64,000 nt of DNA, from the NCBI RefSeq assembly GCF_006345805.1, contig NC_042997.1, positions 19,344,001-19,408,000 of the forward strand, given 5' to 3'. Shown in pieces: positions 12,201 through 25,880 of the stretch. The notes below the pieces were generated by a model. The model saw nothing but the letters and a program-made list of their open reading frames with translations. It had not been told where the DNA came from and made no database searches. Position 1 is the first letter of the stretch. Each line of letters opens with the position of its first letter. The position numbers were made by a program, and so were the translations under genes. This stretch comes from Octopus sinensis (Eukaryota).

Positions 12201-13631
12201 AATATGTCCATACATGAATAAGAGTGCATATACAAATATAGAGGAAATGGCATAAGAGAGTGAAAAAGACAAAAAATAAAGAGGGAAAGCACCATAGAGT
12301 AGAGAATTGTGAAAGTGAACTGACAGAAAGCAAGAAAGAGAGAGAGAGGAAGAAAAAAGAGAAGGTAGCAAAAACAAAAAAGAGAAATAAGTTTGCACAC
12401 TGTACTACCTCAATACTCAGGTGAATAACAAATTAGTATGGTTTATAGCTAGAGATCATTAGTTTTGTCACATTGTAATTATTTTGGTGAATATTTTTTT
12501 TCCCACTATCTTCACACACGATACTCTCAATAATTTATAAGCTCAATTTTTCCATCTAGATTTGTATTGAAATAAATTGCAAAATCGATTTGAAAAACTA
12601 ATTCTTGTTTTTCTTTGGTCACTCTCTGAATATACCTCTATAATCTTATAATCTGAATTAATATTAAATTCTTCCAAGCAAAAATAAAAGTTAATATATG
12701 ACAACATAGAGAAAATCAGTTACTTAATCCAGTAAAAAGATATACATTGGGTTTAATATAAAATAATGTTACAATTAAAACCATCAGAGAGAATGTATAG
12801 AAGTCTGATAAACAGAGAACTGTGATTTTTACCTAGCTGACTCTCATTAGAGCATTGATGCAGGCAGGAACACCTACCCTTTCTAATCAGGTTCTACAAT
12901 TTTTATAAAATTTTTGAAATTAATAATAGGATGGTGTAGATTTGAATGTAATTGAATGACAAAAATAATATAACATACTATAGAGATAAGAGGTAAATTA
13001 ATTATGTAGAAGAAAATATATTTAGTCTTGTTCAATCTAGTCAAATTTAATTTGGTTTAATTATAGTTTCAGAAATAAAAGATGACACATACTCTTAGAA
13101 AAGAAGATTCAGCAGTGATCAGAAAGATGAGGCAAGACAGTTGCAGCAATTGTTTTTATCTGTGAAATATTATTGAATATGTACGCCCTACAAATACATT
13201 TTAAGCGTATTTACTCTGGGGGATTAAACTGAAATTGCTTGGATAGTCAGGTGTGACAACTCTGCTACGTGGAATTCTGGATGAATTATGCTCTTCCTCG
13301 GGCAGAAATGTAATTACTGCTCTGTTTGAAAGACATTTATGTTATAAACATTAAATATTATACTGTATATATATAAATTTTTGATATTCATACTCTAGGG
13401 CAATCTTTTTAATTTTGTTTAGTTAAAATTCTCCTGTTCTATATCTGTGAATACATGACACATGTTATGTAGCTATAAGCTTCAAACAGCAGTTCAGGAG
13501 AGCAACTGCACTTCCAATGAAGGAAGGGTTAATAATGTTATAAATATTAAATAGGATTCTGCAAATATTGGTATGTGTACATCATGACATCCCATTTAAT
13601 TTTGCCTGGTTGTAGCTATTATTCATGTATA

Positions 13632-13705
<74 letters not shown>

Positions 13706-13769
13706 TAGATAGTTATAGATAAATAGATAGATTAATAGATAGAAAGATAGATATGTATGTGTATATATA

Positions 13770-14570
13770 AGATTAGATTAGTGCTGCAACATGGTTTAGC
13801 AACCATTATCTCAGCCTATGCCCCCCAGCCAGGGCTACCTGATGAACAGAAAGACCGATTTTTATGACACTCTCTTGCAGACTCCCTCATCAACGAATGA
13901 CAGAGACCTTCTCTTTGTAGCTGGCGACTTCAATGAGCATATTGGACAACATCCATGGGGCTTCCATGGCGTACATGGAGGCTATGGTTTTGGTTCCCAC
14001 AATGAGGAGGGAACTTTCTCCAATCTGTTGATACTTTGGCTACTATATTTTCCGAGCAACCACTTCTGTTACTAACTACATTTGCTAGATAGCAAAAGCT
14101 ATCAACTACTTCTTGTGAGCCTCTGAGCATTTGAGAGAAACTATTTCCAGTGTGCTTTTAAGTACTACTTCAGTGCTTCTATCACATACGAAGCATACAT
14201 TCTCAGACAGTCTTCCTGGAATTCCACTACATCTACTGTGTGTTCATAACTTACATAGAATAGTACATATGGAGTTTATACCTACTCCTTTTTTTGCATA
14301 TCAAGCAAGGCCACTTCCCTGTAGGTGCGTGGATTTTATAAGTAATAAGCAAGTTCAAAAAGAGCTGAACTAATGAAAACAAAACACAATATTTAATCAA
14401 GTGCATAATGATTGTGATTCTACATGTCCATGACAAATTGGTGTTAACATGGACGATCTGTGGACTCTAGGAGGCTATGAGTCATGCATATTGTAATGGA
14501 TGTGAGATGTGAAAACAGAAAGTTCAGAGGGAGTGTCTTGGCCTGAAAGGTATCAAATAATGTATGGAGT
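13770..14570. mobile_element. Scrambled RTE LINE relic: APE fragment (+), RT/zinc-finger fragment (-), thumb fragment (+)
   Basis: + strand ISAYAPQPGLPDEQKDRFYD..AGDFNEHIG (13770-14020); - strand GKWPCLICKK..EVVDSFCYL..DWRKF (14020-14390); + strand decayed DDL..L..YESCIL*WM (14440-14570). Confidence 0.75.
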
Positions 14571-17030
14571 GACAATTATTGTGAATTTTATTTTGTTTTA
14601 ATACCTTAGTCAGAGGAGGAAAGGTCAATGCTGATAAGCCTTTTCATGGACTCCAAGATAGAGGGATTGAAAGGATGACTTATCTTTAAGCTGTAGATCT
14701 AGTCTAAATGCTTGCAACAGAGTTGACTCTACTAAAGTTAGTGAAGGGCCTGAGTGGAGTGTTTCCCTGTGAAAGAGAGATTAAGTGTACTACCTAGAAT
14801 ATGAAAAGAAAAATATGATGATACAAATAGACAGTGAGTAATGAGTAAAAAAAGTGTCATGTGATGATTGTGAAAGGTACTTGAAGAAGATGATGGCATT
14901 GAAGTAAATGATGAGGTCAAATGTTAGGCTACCAGACTTGGTTAAATGAAATGGTACAAGATTGTTTAATTGTTGTTTGAGTTGAAGCTTTGATGGAAGC
15001 TATGATAGGTGCCATATAGTGGAATCAGACTTTATATCATGTATTTGCAGCATAATCTCAACAACCCAGCCATACTGGTGCACATAGTTACCTGAAATGA
15101 AACAGATTTATGGCATGAAATTATGTAGTTGAACACTTCAGTGCAACTTCCCACTAACCATATGAAATATATTTAACATGCTACTGCCTTACACTTATTT
15201 CCAAACCCAAACCCACGCCCACACTTTTTATGTGATATTAGCAAATGAATGAATGATTGAATACGATACAAAATGATTTGATCTCAGAATCTAAAAAGAA
15301 ATAAGTAGTCACTATTTAATATATCTTTCACAGTCTCATATTCTATCGTTGAATTGCTGCTTAGACTTAATATATTCTTAGGTAAGTATTAGCAGTGAGA
15401 AAATTGGTTGATAAATTGTTGCTTCTTTAAATAAATACGTAAGTAACATAGCATGAAATGAAACAAAATAAAATTGTCAGCTCTTAAGTTCTTTGCATTC
15501 TCTGTAATTTTACAGGATTTCCATTCTATTTTATTTTCATGCACCGCTAAGCTATTTGGGATAAATAGCATGGATGAAATTCCTTAATAGAGATACATAT
15601 TAATCTAAGATCTAATTATTATCATCAAAAGTTGCTTAACATTGCATAAACTGAAGATAATATAAATTTTGCTCTCATTGATAGGAAGCATTTCACTAAA
15701 ATATTCTTCCTATCAATACATTTTACCATTTTCATATTTTTATGTTGTGTATTTTTTTCTTATTAATATTACTACAACTACAAATGCTACTACAAAAATG
15801 ACAAAAATAATAATAGAAATAACAACAATATTAATAATATTGATATTTTCTCATCGATTTATAACTTTTCAAATATCAGCATGGCATTTATGGGGCCCAA
15901 AAAAATTGATGTTCTTTTGTTCAAATGTACACATTTACAGAACATTTGCATAAGATTTATGGAAAATTTTCCAATCATCTCCAGTAAATTCTTCAAAAAG
16001 AAGCTTTGAAAATATTGTAAAGCTAATGACAGAGCATGAGATAATTGGTTAGTACAATGTACAGAAGATGCTTTGCTTATAGCAACAGCATAGGCATATA
16101 ATGAAGTGTAGAGAAGAGAGTGAAAATTAATAATAGAGTAGAATATTACAAAATATTATAATCCAATATTATAACATAAAAGAGTAATATCAGTGTTGAT
16201 ACACGGGAGTATTGATGCAGTAATAGGATGATATTAATGTAGTCATTATAAAATATAGATATAGTAATGTAAAGTATTGACATAATAAAACAGTAGAGCC
16301 ACATTTAATAAAGTTTAAAATGGACAACTGCTCAAACCCTTTCATCATAATTTCTTACAAAATGACATGGAGGTAATTCGAAAATATTTCGTTGGAATCT
16401 AAACAAGGTATCCCAACAAAATCTTTCATAATAATCTGCCCCTAAAATAGGATAGTGACATATATTATTGAAGAATTTATCTGGAAAACTTTTCTGCAGG
16501 AAATTGATAATTTAATTTCATTCAGCTGCAGCAAGACACAGTTGTGGCACATTTTAAGGAAATACTCTGACTACACTACACTCACATATAAGATACACTT
16601 CTAAAACCTTCACAAACTTTACAAAGTCTCACAAATTTTAATGACTTTTCTTGGTTATATTATTTCTATGACAATCAAAGGCATCACCACAAAGCTGTGG
16701 TTTTTCTCTTTTTAACCCAGAAAATGTTTGAGGTCTGAATACTTTCTGATCATATACAAAACACAAATATAGCCTACATGAGAAAACTACTCCCAATTCT
16801 ACAATAAAGCAACATAGATTAATATTCAAAAGTGAATTAAGTTATTCTTTCTACAATAAGCAGAAGGTTAGCAATTTAAGAGAGGGGGGTTAGTTAGTTA
16901 CACTAGCCGCAGCACTTGATCAGTACTTTATTTTGTCCACACCAAAGGGATGAGAGGCTAAGTTAACCCTGGCAAGATTTTAACTCAGAGTGTTAAAAGC
17001 CAGAAGAAATGCCACTGAGTATTTTTCTGA

Positions 17031-17603
17031 TAATGATAATAATAATAATAATAAAATTATTATATACAGTGCTCATGTGCACCACAACTTGTCAAAAGTG
17101 CGTATAAAGCATATGCAGTAATTTACAAATGTCTGGAAAGTGAACAGTGTATGAGTCAGATACATGCTTGCGTGTGTATAGAGGGGAGAAAATCAGGTGT
17201 AGTGTTGGCGAATCTCAGGAAGCATGGAAGTTTTGAAGGATGCAGTGTTCCGACAACTAACAACTGATGCTAGCAATTTGTTCCATACTTCAGCAACTAT
17301 TAGCATGAAAAAATGTTTCCGAAAGTCATGGGAGCTGTGCTGTTTTCTGACTTTGTAAACATGTCCACATGTGTTAGACACGTGGAGTTTGGAAAGGTGC
17401 TCAGAGTTATTTGTTTGTAAGATGGTTAATAATTTTATGGGTGTCTGCCAAGTCAGCTGCCAGACATCGGAGTTTCAATGTATCCATGACCAGTGAAGTA
17501 AGGCGTTCAGAATATGGCAAATGCCTGATGGAGGGTATTCTCTTGGTTGCACATCGCTGAACGGCTTCCAGATGACTGCTAATGACTTTGTCAGCTCACT
17601 GCC
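17031..17603 (-). mobile_element. CR1-clade LINE 3' fragment
   Basis: SNTCGHVYKVRKQHSSHDFRKHFF..VAEVWNKL.ASVV..NTASFK is a CR1-type ORF2 C-terminus; (TTA)n tail at 17031-17053. Confidence 0.85.
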
Positions 17604-17689
17604 TTAACAATGAATTAAATAACGCAAGTCAACTTAATGGAAAATCCATTCTCCTCAACATGCTTTTATCATACCGTATTTATTTTGAG

Positions 17690-17888
17690 ATGCTCTGTGT
17701 TTTGTTCAATTAATTTTAAATATAACAAAAAATTTAGTAAAATAACTTAGTTATCACTAAGCCAGTGTTGGGAACATAAATTGTGACTAAGGTTTGGTGG
17801 AAGATTTTAATTCAAAACTTATGAAAACAAGACATTTGTACTACAGAGCCAGAGGCGGTTTTGGCCGGGTTGGTATCAAAAGGGTTAA
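17690..17888 (+). mobile_element. piggyBac-like element right terminus (solo end)
   Basis: Ends ...GGTATCAAAAGGG|TTAA (17881-17888); no matching left end seen. Confidence 0.45.
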
Positions 17889-19552
17889 TACACAAATGTG
17901 CTGCATTCTTTTGCCTGTTGTACAGCTTGAAGTCTTAAATATTTTACCATGTACTTGTTTTACCCTATCATGCTCATGTCAATAATTCTTGTGTTGTGTT
18001 TTGTATTAAGCAATTTTCGAACCCTATATTTCTAGAATTATTAATTCTCTGCAGCTCACTCAATCCTTCAGTTTTCCATACAACTATCAATTAATATGTA
18101 AAAACTTTTTAATAGAAAACCAATTGCACTGACTCCACCAATCTGAAGGATTCAACTTTTAAAACTAAATTTAAAAATTAGTAATTTCAAGTTGTGATAT
18201 AAATTGCTAATTTAAAACTTTATATAAGAAGCTATTATTATTACCAGTATAGATCAATAGACAAGTAATATGGAATGCTTAATTTTATAACATTGGAATA
18301 AAATTATATTGCTGTTATAACATAGTAAAATCTTTAATAAGAGATGTGGTGTGATAGTTCATTGGGTTGGTTGGCTGCTGCTGACCTTCTGGCTTAAAAA
18401 TCTAGTTTATATCCATTCCATCTGCAATGATGTTGTTCTCTATTCTAATCACAATATATTTAACCCTTGCAGGTCCAATCTACATAATAGTAAACAAGTT
18501 TGAAGAAGAGATATGACTCTCACTGCTGGTATCAAACAGCTTGCTGTATAATTAATGAGAGTTTTATTAGCTTGCAGAGTAAAGATAAAATTCTCCCATA
18601 AAGATAGCCAGGACATATCATAGAATTACTATATGAAGATGTTAAGTAGCGTTCTTACAAAACAATAGGTTATACAACTCACTTCTGTTTTCATACTAGA
18701 CTACTAAACAAACAACTGTCTGGACATAAGAGGTTTAAAAGCAATAATTCCTATTATTAATCAGAAAATATTAAATCTTAGCATAACATATAGCAGTCAA
18801 CATATCAATCCAGGGTATGTGGCTTGGAAGAGATATTTAATGTCAATATTACTCAATATTACTCAAATATTTGGCATCAAAAATACCATATTGTTGCTGT
18901 TGAAACAAACAAGTACAGATGAGCAATCATCTCCCATTCCATTACATAATCAAAAGAAACGATATTTGACATGGTGCTAACCATAAAGTTAACAAATGGA
19001 AATAAAAGGAAAAATTTTGGTACATGTCAGTATTTGAGTGTATTTTGCCACCAACATCAAAAGAAAAATGTGCTACTATGTGACTATGTGATTATGAAGT
19101 ATTGCAGAATTTTATTGTTTGCTTTTTTATATTGTTATGTGTTACATTTTTCATGTCATGGTATGTTTTGAATATCCAAAGATTGCATAATATATATCAC
19201 AATAACTTATTTAAAAAAACGTTTTGAAAAAAAGAATCTGTCTTACTATTTTAATAATTTTATCAAATAACTATTTAGATTACTTTGTTTTAAACGATAT
19301 AACAGCAATGAGGTACTCTTATAGAATCATGCTTGTTTAAGACATTGTAGTACTTTAGTAATGCAGACGGCTTAGTGTTTCCAAATTAATTTTAAGTACT
19401 ACTTCTAGACATTACAATATATGTGCCTTTTCATGATCATTTGAATTTTTCCCTCAATATGTGATAATCTTGTTCCTCTTTTACAACAAAAACATCGTCT
19501 TTGATGGTGTCATATCTATAGATAATGGTCAGCAACAATATATTAAAAAGTA

Positions 19553-19740
19553 ACGGCGAGCTGGCAGAAATGTTAGCACACTGGGCAAAATATTTAGCGG
19601 TATTTTGTCTGTCCTCATGTTCTGAGGTCAAATTCCATCAACATAGATTTTGCTTTTCATCCTTTCAGGGTCAATAAATTAATTACCAGTTGGCCACCTC
19701 CCCCAAAATTTTGGGCCTTGTGCCTAGAATAGAAAAGAAT
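19553..19740 (+). mobile_element. SINE family B variant
   Basis: Same head and central block as 9593-9826, different 3' tail (CTCCCCCAAAATTTTGGGCCTTGTGCCTAG). Confidence 0.75.
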
Positions 19741-19818
19741 ATATTAAAAAGTACCACTAGACTTAACCCAATGATCATATTATGCTGCTGGTCATTTTAA
19801 CAAATAACAAAGAATAAT

Positions 19819-20096
19819 TTGCAGCATGGAAGGTGTTTATAAGCCATTTAAGAAACACATAAAACCGTTAGATTCACTTCAATATTTAAGTTTAATTTGT
19901 CAAAATATTTTCGTTGCTTTGAGACCCTGACCTGTTCACTGACAAAACATCAAGATGCAGCACAATGTTTTGTCAGTGAACAGGTCGCGGTCTCAAAGCG
20001 ATGAAAATATTTTGACAATTTAAACTTAAATGTTGAAGTGAATCTAACGGTTTTGTGTGTTTCTTTAATGGCTTATAAACACCTTCCATGCTGCAA
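19819..20096. repeat. 278-bp fold-back palindrome (132-bp arms, 14-nt loop), MITE- or Penelope-junction-like
   Basis: Arms 19819-19950 and 19965-20096, with 8 mismatches counted by eye. Confidence 0.95.
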
Positions 20097-21033
20097 TTGT
20101 TTTCGTTCCAGCACACAATCTCAGATCAAGTCACTCGCTATGCAAGTACATCTCTGTAAAAGAATAATTTATCTCTGGTAAACCTTATAGCCTATTTCTT
20201 TGCCACTTTTTCACTGAAAATACTATAGCAATTTAGCTAATGCTAATCGTACCCTGAAATACTTGTCTTCAACACTTACCCTACTATTTAATGTTTCAGG
20301 TTTATCAGAAGGTGGACTATCTTACATCATTTTAGTGACTAAAACTTTGATTAATCAATAAAGTTAATGTCAGTATCAATAGGCATTAAAAAAGCATTTT
20401 CTAAGCTCATCTTCATTTACTTATTTACTTACTTTTTACATCAGTGTCTTTTATCAATTGCACAGCTGGAGTATAAATGATAGAAATGAAACATAAAAGA
20501 ACCTAATTATATACAGGAACTTAAGGTGGAGAGCTGGCAGAAATGTTAACACGCCGGGCAAAATGCTTAGTGGTATTTCGTCTGCCATTATGTTCTGAGT
20601 TCAAATTCCGCCCAGGTTGACTTATATTATTGATCACTGAACTCTCAGTATTCTAGGTGAATAGCTACTGCCTTTTAATAGTAGGCAAGAGTCAAGGTAA
20701 TGATGTTTTGCTATGTATATGGTCTTCCTATTCTTTTACCGGGGGTTTTGTCAATGAATGACCATATTCACAAGAGACAGGATATTATGGTGTTGAGTGT
20801 CGTGACAATGTCACTTCACCTTTACCTTATTTTTTACAGCAGAAATAAAAGTTCCATAGTTTGCAGTTTTCCAAACAGTTTCTTCTCTAGTACTCATTAG
20901 TGTAATGTTCTGTGTGTGCAAAATGAAATATCTTTCTTTAAAAGTTTCATTTCAAAAGCTATGAAGTTTCTCATTTTCACTTTCATTATCTAGCATCCAA
21001 GCTGCACACTCGTTCTCACGTCTTTTGTTATCA

Positions 21034-21408
21034 TAGGTGCAAGAGTAGCTGTGTGGTAAGTAGCTTGCTTTCCAGCCACATGGTTCCGGGTTCAGTCCCA
21101 CTGCGTGGCACCTTGGGCAAGTGCCTTCTACTATAGCCTCGGGCCGACCAAAGCCTTGTGAGTGGATTTGGTAGACGGAAACTGAAAGAAGCCAATCCTA
21201 TACATGTATATATATATATGTGTGTGTGTATGTTTGTGTGTCTGTGTTTGTCGCCCCAACATCACTTGACAACCAATGCTGGTGTGTCCCCGTAACTTAG
21301 CGGTTCGGCAAAAGAGACCGATAAGAATAAGTCCTGGGGTTGATTTGCTCGACTAAAGGTGGTGCTCCAGCATGTCTGCAGTCAAATGACTGAAAAGAGT
21401 AAAAGAGT
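21034..21408 (+). mobile_element. CORE-type tRNA SINE (family C)
   Basis: tRNA head, CORE-like GGCACCTTGGGCAAGTG.CTTCTACTATAGCC, internal microsatellite and (AAGAGTA)n tail. Confidence 0.9.
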
Positions 21409-21874
21409 ATCCTTTCCTAAGTATTTAAATTCACCAACCTGTTTAAGCATCATTCCTGATATTTCAATTAGATTAGACTTGTATTGAGACAGAAAAGAAC
21501 TATTTTGTCATGGTGACATAGCACAGTGATGCTATGGCCATTTCATCCAATCAGAGCTGGTTGTGGAAGGATACATGCAGCAACTTCCACCCAGCAATAC
21601 AAATAGCTAAACCAGTTGCGGATTTGATAGCGAGGAAGCAACATCACTTTCTTCAACAAGGCACATCTTCTATGTTCACCACCAGCTTAGTGAGTTGCAG
21701 CATTGATGGCCTTAGAACAATATCACCCTTTCTGCCAAGTGACAATTACAGTGTTCACTGCCGATGCCACGCAACTTATTTCACTTATATCTATTTTCAT
21801 TCTGTGGTATATAAACTACTCAAATGAAAAGCATCGTAAGCCATGCAAAATTCATTCGTGTCTTGCTACACCAA

Positions 21875-22080
21875 TTACTCTATTACTCTTTTACGTGTTT
21901 CAGTTATTTGGCTGTGGCCGTGCTGGAGCACCGCCTTTAGTCAAGCAAATTGACCCCAAGACTTATTCTTTGAAAGCCTAGTACTCATTCCATTGGTCTC
22001 TTTTGCCAAACCACTAAGTTACGGGAATGTAAACACACCAGCATCAGTTGTCAAGCGATGTTGGGGGGACAAACACACAA

Positions 22081-22113
<33 letters not shown>

Positions 22114-22345
22114 CACACACACACACACACACCACACACACACACATATATATATATATGATGATGATGATATATATATATACGAGCTTCTTTCAGTTTT
22201 CTTCTACCAAATCCACTCACAAGGCTTTGGTCAGCCTGAGGCTATAGTAGTAGGCACTTGCCCAAGGTGCCACACAGTGGGACTGAACCCAGAACCATGC
22301 AGTTGGTAAGCAAGCTACTTACCACACAGCCACTCTTATGCCTAC
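21875..22345 (-). mobile_element. CORE-type tRNA SINE (family C)
   Basis: Inverted copy of the 21034-21408 family, ~470 bp away. Confidence 0.9.
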
Positions 22346-23779
22346 ATTAACATTCACTCACAAACTAAAAATTAATGCTTATTGCTTCTTGTGAGTACTT
22401 GTTACTCTTCAAAAAGAAATTTTAATGTTATATATACCCCTACCTTCTGACTTTCTTTACGCACACTGTCACAGAACACTCACATTAAATTAATGACAAT
22501 GCACATGTTATACTGCTTCCTGTTACATTGGTGACAACCCACTAAAGACTAATTGTAAATACTTTGCTTTTGCACCACTTATTTCCATTCCTTATCTTCT
22601 TCCATTTATATCAAAAAATATTGTTAAATCAATGTTTTTCTTTATTATGTTCTATTAAACAAATAACATTGGCAAAACATTTATTACTGACCTTCCAACT
22701 AACTTTACCTCTCCTTCAAAATACTCAAGGCTTTAATTGTTATGCATTCTAAAATCTTTTGCCTGACACCAAACTGATTTTTAAAGTCAGTTACTTGGTC
22801 AATTTCCAATCATAATCAGATTTTTTGCATGTTCATATAAGGACTTTAAAATATTTGCACTCAGTCAAAAGCTTTTGCAATGTCAATAAAATCGCAATAA
22901 AAGTTTGATGAGTGTTCTAAGTATTTTTTGATTAATGCTACACAATAGAGTTTTTCCCATTTCAGAAACTATTAGTGTTTCACCTAAATACTATATTTAT
23001 TGTTGGATTCATTCAAGCAAGCTAAACATAATGGAAAAGCTTGCTTGGATAGCTAATTAAACTAATTGCACTATTGTTTTTGTATTTTTTTAATATTTCT
23101 CTTCTTTGGCAGTGGTCTAACAATTGATTCTGTCCATTTAGCAGGCCATTCTCTAGCATTTAAAACACTATTACAAATTTTGCCAAGAATCTCAGCGATA
23201 TATTCACAACTTTGCTTTAATAGTTCAGTATTTTTGTTATCTTTTTCTGGTGATTTATGACATATAGTTTCCTAATTGCTTTGGTAGCTTCTTCTGAAGT
23301 GATTTCCAGCTCTTGCTGTATATATTAACTGGTAGCGCAGGCATGGTTGCTTAGTTAAGAAGTTCGCTCTGCATCCTCAAGGTTTTGGGTTCAGTTTCAC
23401 TGTGCAGCAACTTATGCAAGAATTCTATGGGACAATCTCGGGCTGACAAAGCCTTTTGTGTGAATTTGACAGGTGGAAGCTAAGGAGAAGCCTGTTGTAC
23501 ATATGTATTTGTGTATGTATATATATATGTATGTTTGTATAGATCGATTGATAGATAGGTGGAGAGAGAGACAGATAGGTAGAATGATAGATAAATAGAT
23601 ATATATATAGAATATACATATATGTATGTATCTATATATATATATCTATCTGTCGAGCTATCTATCATCATCATCATAGGTGAGGGTTAGTGACATAAAG
23701 AGCACCCAACTGTTGAAAATCTACCTCAATGAAATCCACTTGACCTATGGAAGCATAGGAAAGTAGACCAAAAGAGATA

Positions 23780-24085
23780 ACGATGAAGATGATAATGAAG
23801 ACGACGACAATAACGACGATGATTATGATGATGATGATTATGATAATACTGACGAAGATAGTTATGAGAATGATGACGATGATGATGATGATGATGATTA
23901 TGATAATACTGACGAAGATAGTTATGAGAATGATGATGATGCTGATGATGATGATTACGATAATACTGATGATGATGATGATGGCGACAATGACAATGAT
24001 GATGATGACGATGATGATGACGACGATGCAAATGCTGATGCTACTGCAGCTGATGATGATGATGATGATGATGATGCTGATGTTG
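23780..24085. repeat. (GAT/GAC)n compound microsatellite with an internal ~60-bp duplication
   Basis: Directly visible; gives spurious His/Met-rich ORFs. Confidence 0.9.
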
Positions 24086-24529
24086 ATTATACTATACCTC
24101 TCTACTTTCTCACTGTAAAGTTCATCACAATGTTCTCTCCATCTATCAATTACTTCAACTGCTTTCAATTTATTATTTATTTTCAACAACCTGACATTTA
24201 GGCACCCATTCTTTGGTTAGATCTTTAACCATTTACTGTGCATTTTTAAGTTAGTCGCTCTATAACATCCTTCTAGTTCTTCACATCTTTTGTCAATCCA
24301 TGTATTTTTTTGCTACCTTAATTTTCATTTTTCTTCTGCCACGTGCCAATCGGTAATCTATTTCTGCTGTTTTGTTTCCATATCGTTTCTGATCCAGATC
24401 TCTTCCTTCATCATAACTGATTAAAACATTGTTATTTATATCCCAGAATTCTTAACTTCCCTCCTTTTACCAAGAATTCTGTCAGCTGTTTGTGTTATTA
24501 TTTCTTCCAAGAATCCTCTTAATTCTCTA

Positions 24530-25020
24530 TTATATGCATCTGATGATGATCATAATGATGATGACAATGATAATGACAGTCATGACAATGATGATGATGA
24601 TAATGTCAGTGGTGGTGATGGTTGCAGTGGTGGTAGTGGTGGTGGTGGTGGTGGAGGTGATGGTGATGACTACGATGATGATAATGTCGATGATGATAGT
24701 GATGGGATAGCTATGACACTGATGAAAATGTTGATGGTGGTGGTGGTGGTGGTGGTGGTGGTGGAGGTGATGGTGACAACTATGATGATGATGATAATGT
24801 CGATGATTATGGTGATGCGATGGGTATGACAATGATGAAAATGTTGATGGTGGTGGTGGTGGTGGTGGTGGAGGTGATGGTGACAACTATGATGATGATG
24901 ATAATGTCGATGATTATGGTGATGTGATGGGTATGACAATGATGAAAATGTTGATGGTGGTGGTGGTGGTGGTGGTGGTGGTGGAGGTGATGGTGATGGT
25001 GATGTCTACGACGATAATGT
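24530..25020. repeat. Minisatellite of ~107-113-bp units built from (GAT)n and (GGT)n
   Basis: Marker ATGTCGATGA at 24684, 24797, 24904; marker GAAAATGTTGATGG at 24724, 24837, 24944. Confidence 0.9.
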
Positions 25021-25499
25021 TGATCATACTAATGTGAATTATTTTCCTCCTATCTCTGATTTATATTCTGCCATTATGTTCACGTCATTAAATTTTTCAA
25101 GATCACCTTCAATTTTTCTTTTGGCATTTTTGCATTTTTTACTCATCTTGACTGATCTGAACTTAATTGTTATTGTCATGTCATTATTAAAAGTTTCTGC
25201 CTAAATATCTATACTTGGAAAAACTCAAATTTTTAGCACCATTTATACTCAATTGATATATCTGGAGATGAGAATAAAAATCAATCTAGTTATTATATAT
25301 CCCTCCAGGTTAATGCGATCTTATTGTTCTTAATGTTTTATGATGATGTACTTTATATATTTTTTACATTTTATACCATTTTGCAAATTCTAATAACCTT
25401 TCTCTTGGTTGTTTGTTCTTTTTTTTCCAGGCCATATTTACCAACTGTTCTTTCCCAAGTATCATGAGCATCTGATCCAATCTTTGCATTCCAGTTACT

Positions 25500-25550
25500 A
25501 TAAAATTATATATATATATATATTATATATATATATATATACACATATAC

Positions 25551-25581
<31 letters not shown>

Positions 25582-25596
25582 CATATATATATATAC

Positions 25597-25643
<47 letters not shown>

Positions 25644-25784
25644 CATATATATATACATATATATACATATACATATATATACATATACATATATATACAT
25701 ATATATACATATATGTATATATATATGTATATATATATATACATATATATATATATAATATATATATATATATAGGTAAACAGT

Positions 25785-25880
<96 letters not shown>
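25500..25880. repeat. (TA)n/(TATACA)n/(TG)n microsatellite
   Basis: Directly visible. Confidence 0.95.

Noticed and set aside
11855-12400. Long Ile/Tyr-rich ORFs (also 25409-26029, 26389-26712, 61420-62029)
   Set aside because: Translations of (TA)n/(TG)n microsatellites.
15334-15381. 48-nt candidate exon with good splice sites (SYSIVELLLRLNIFL); similar candidates at 11349-11396 (-), 47430-47600, 57397-57508 and 63324-63391
   Set aside because: No recognisable homology or consistent gene model; such sites arise by chance in AT-rich DNA. RNA-seq would be needed.
23674-24939. His-, Met-, Ile- and Pro-rich ORFs
   Set aside because: Translations of (GAT)n/(GGT)n repeats inside a LINE relic; no splice or homology support.
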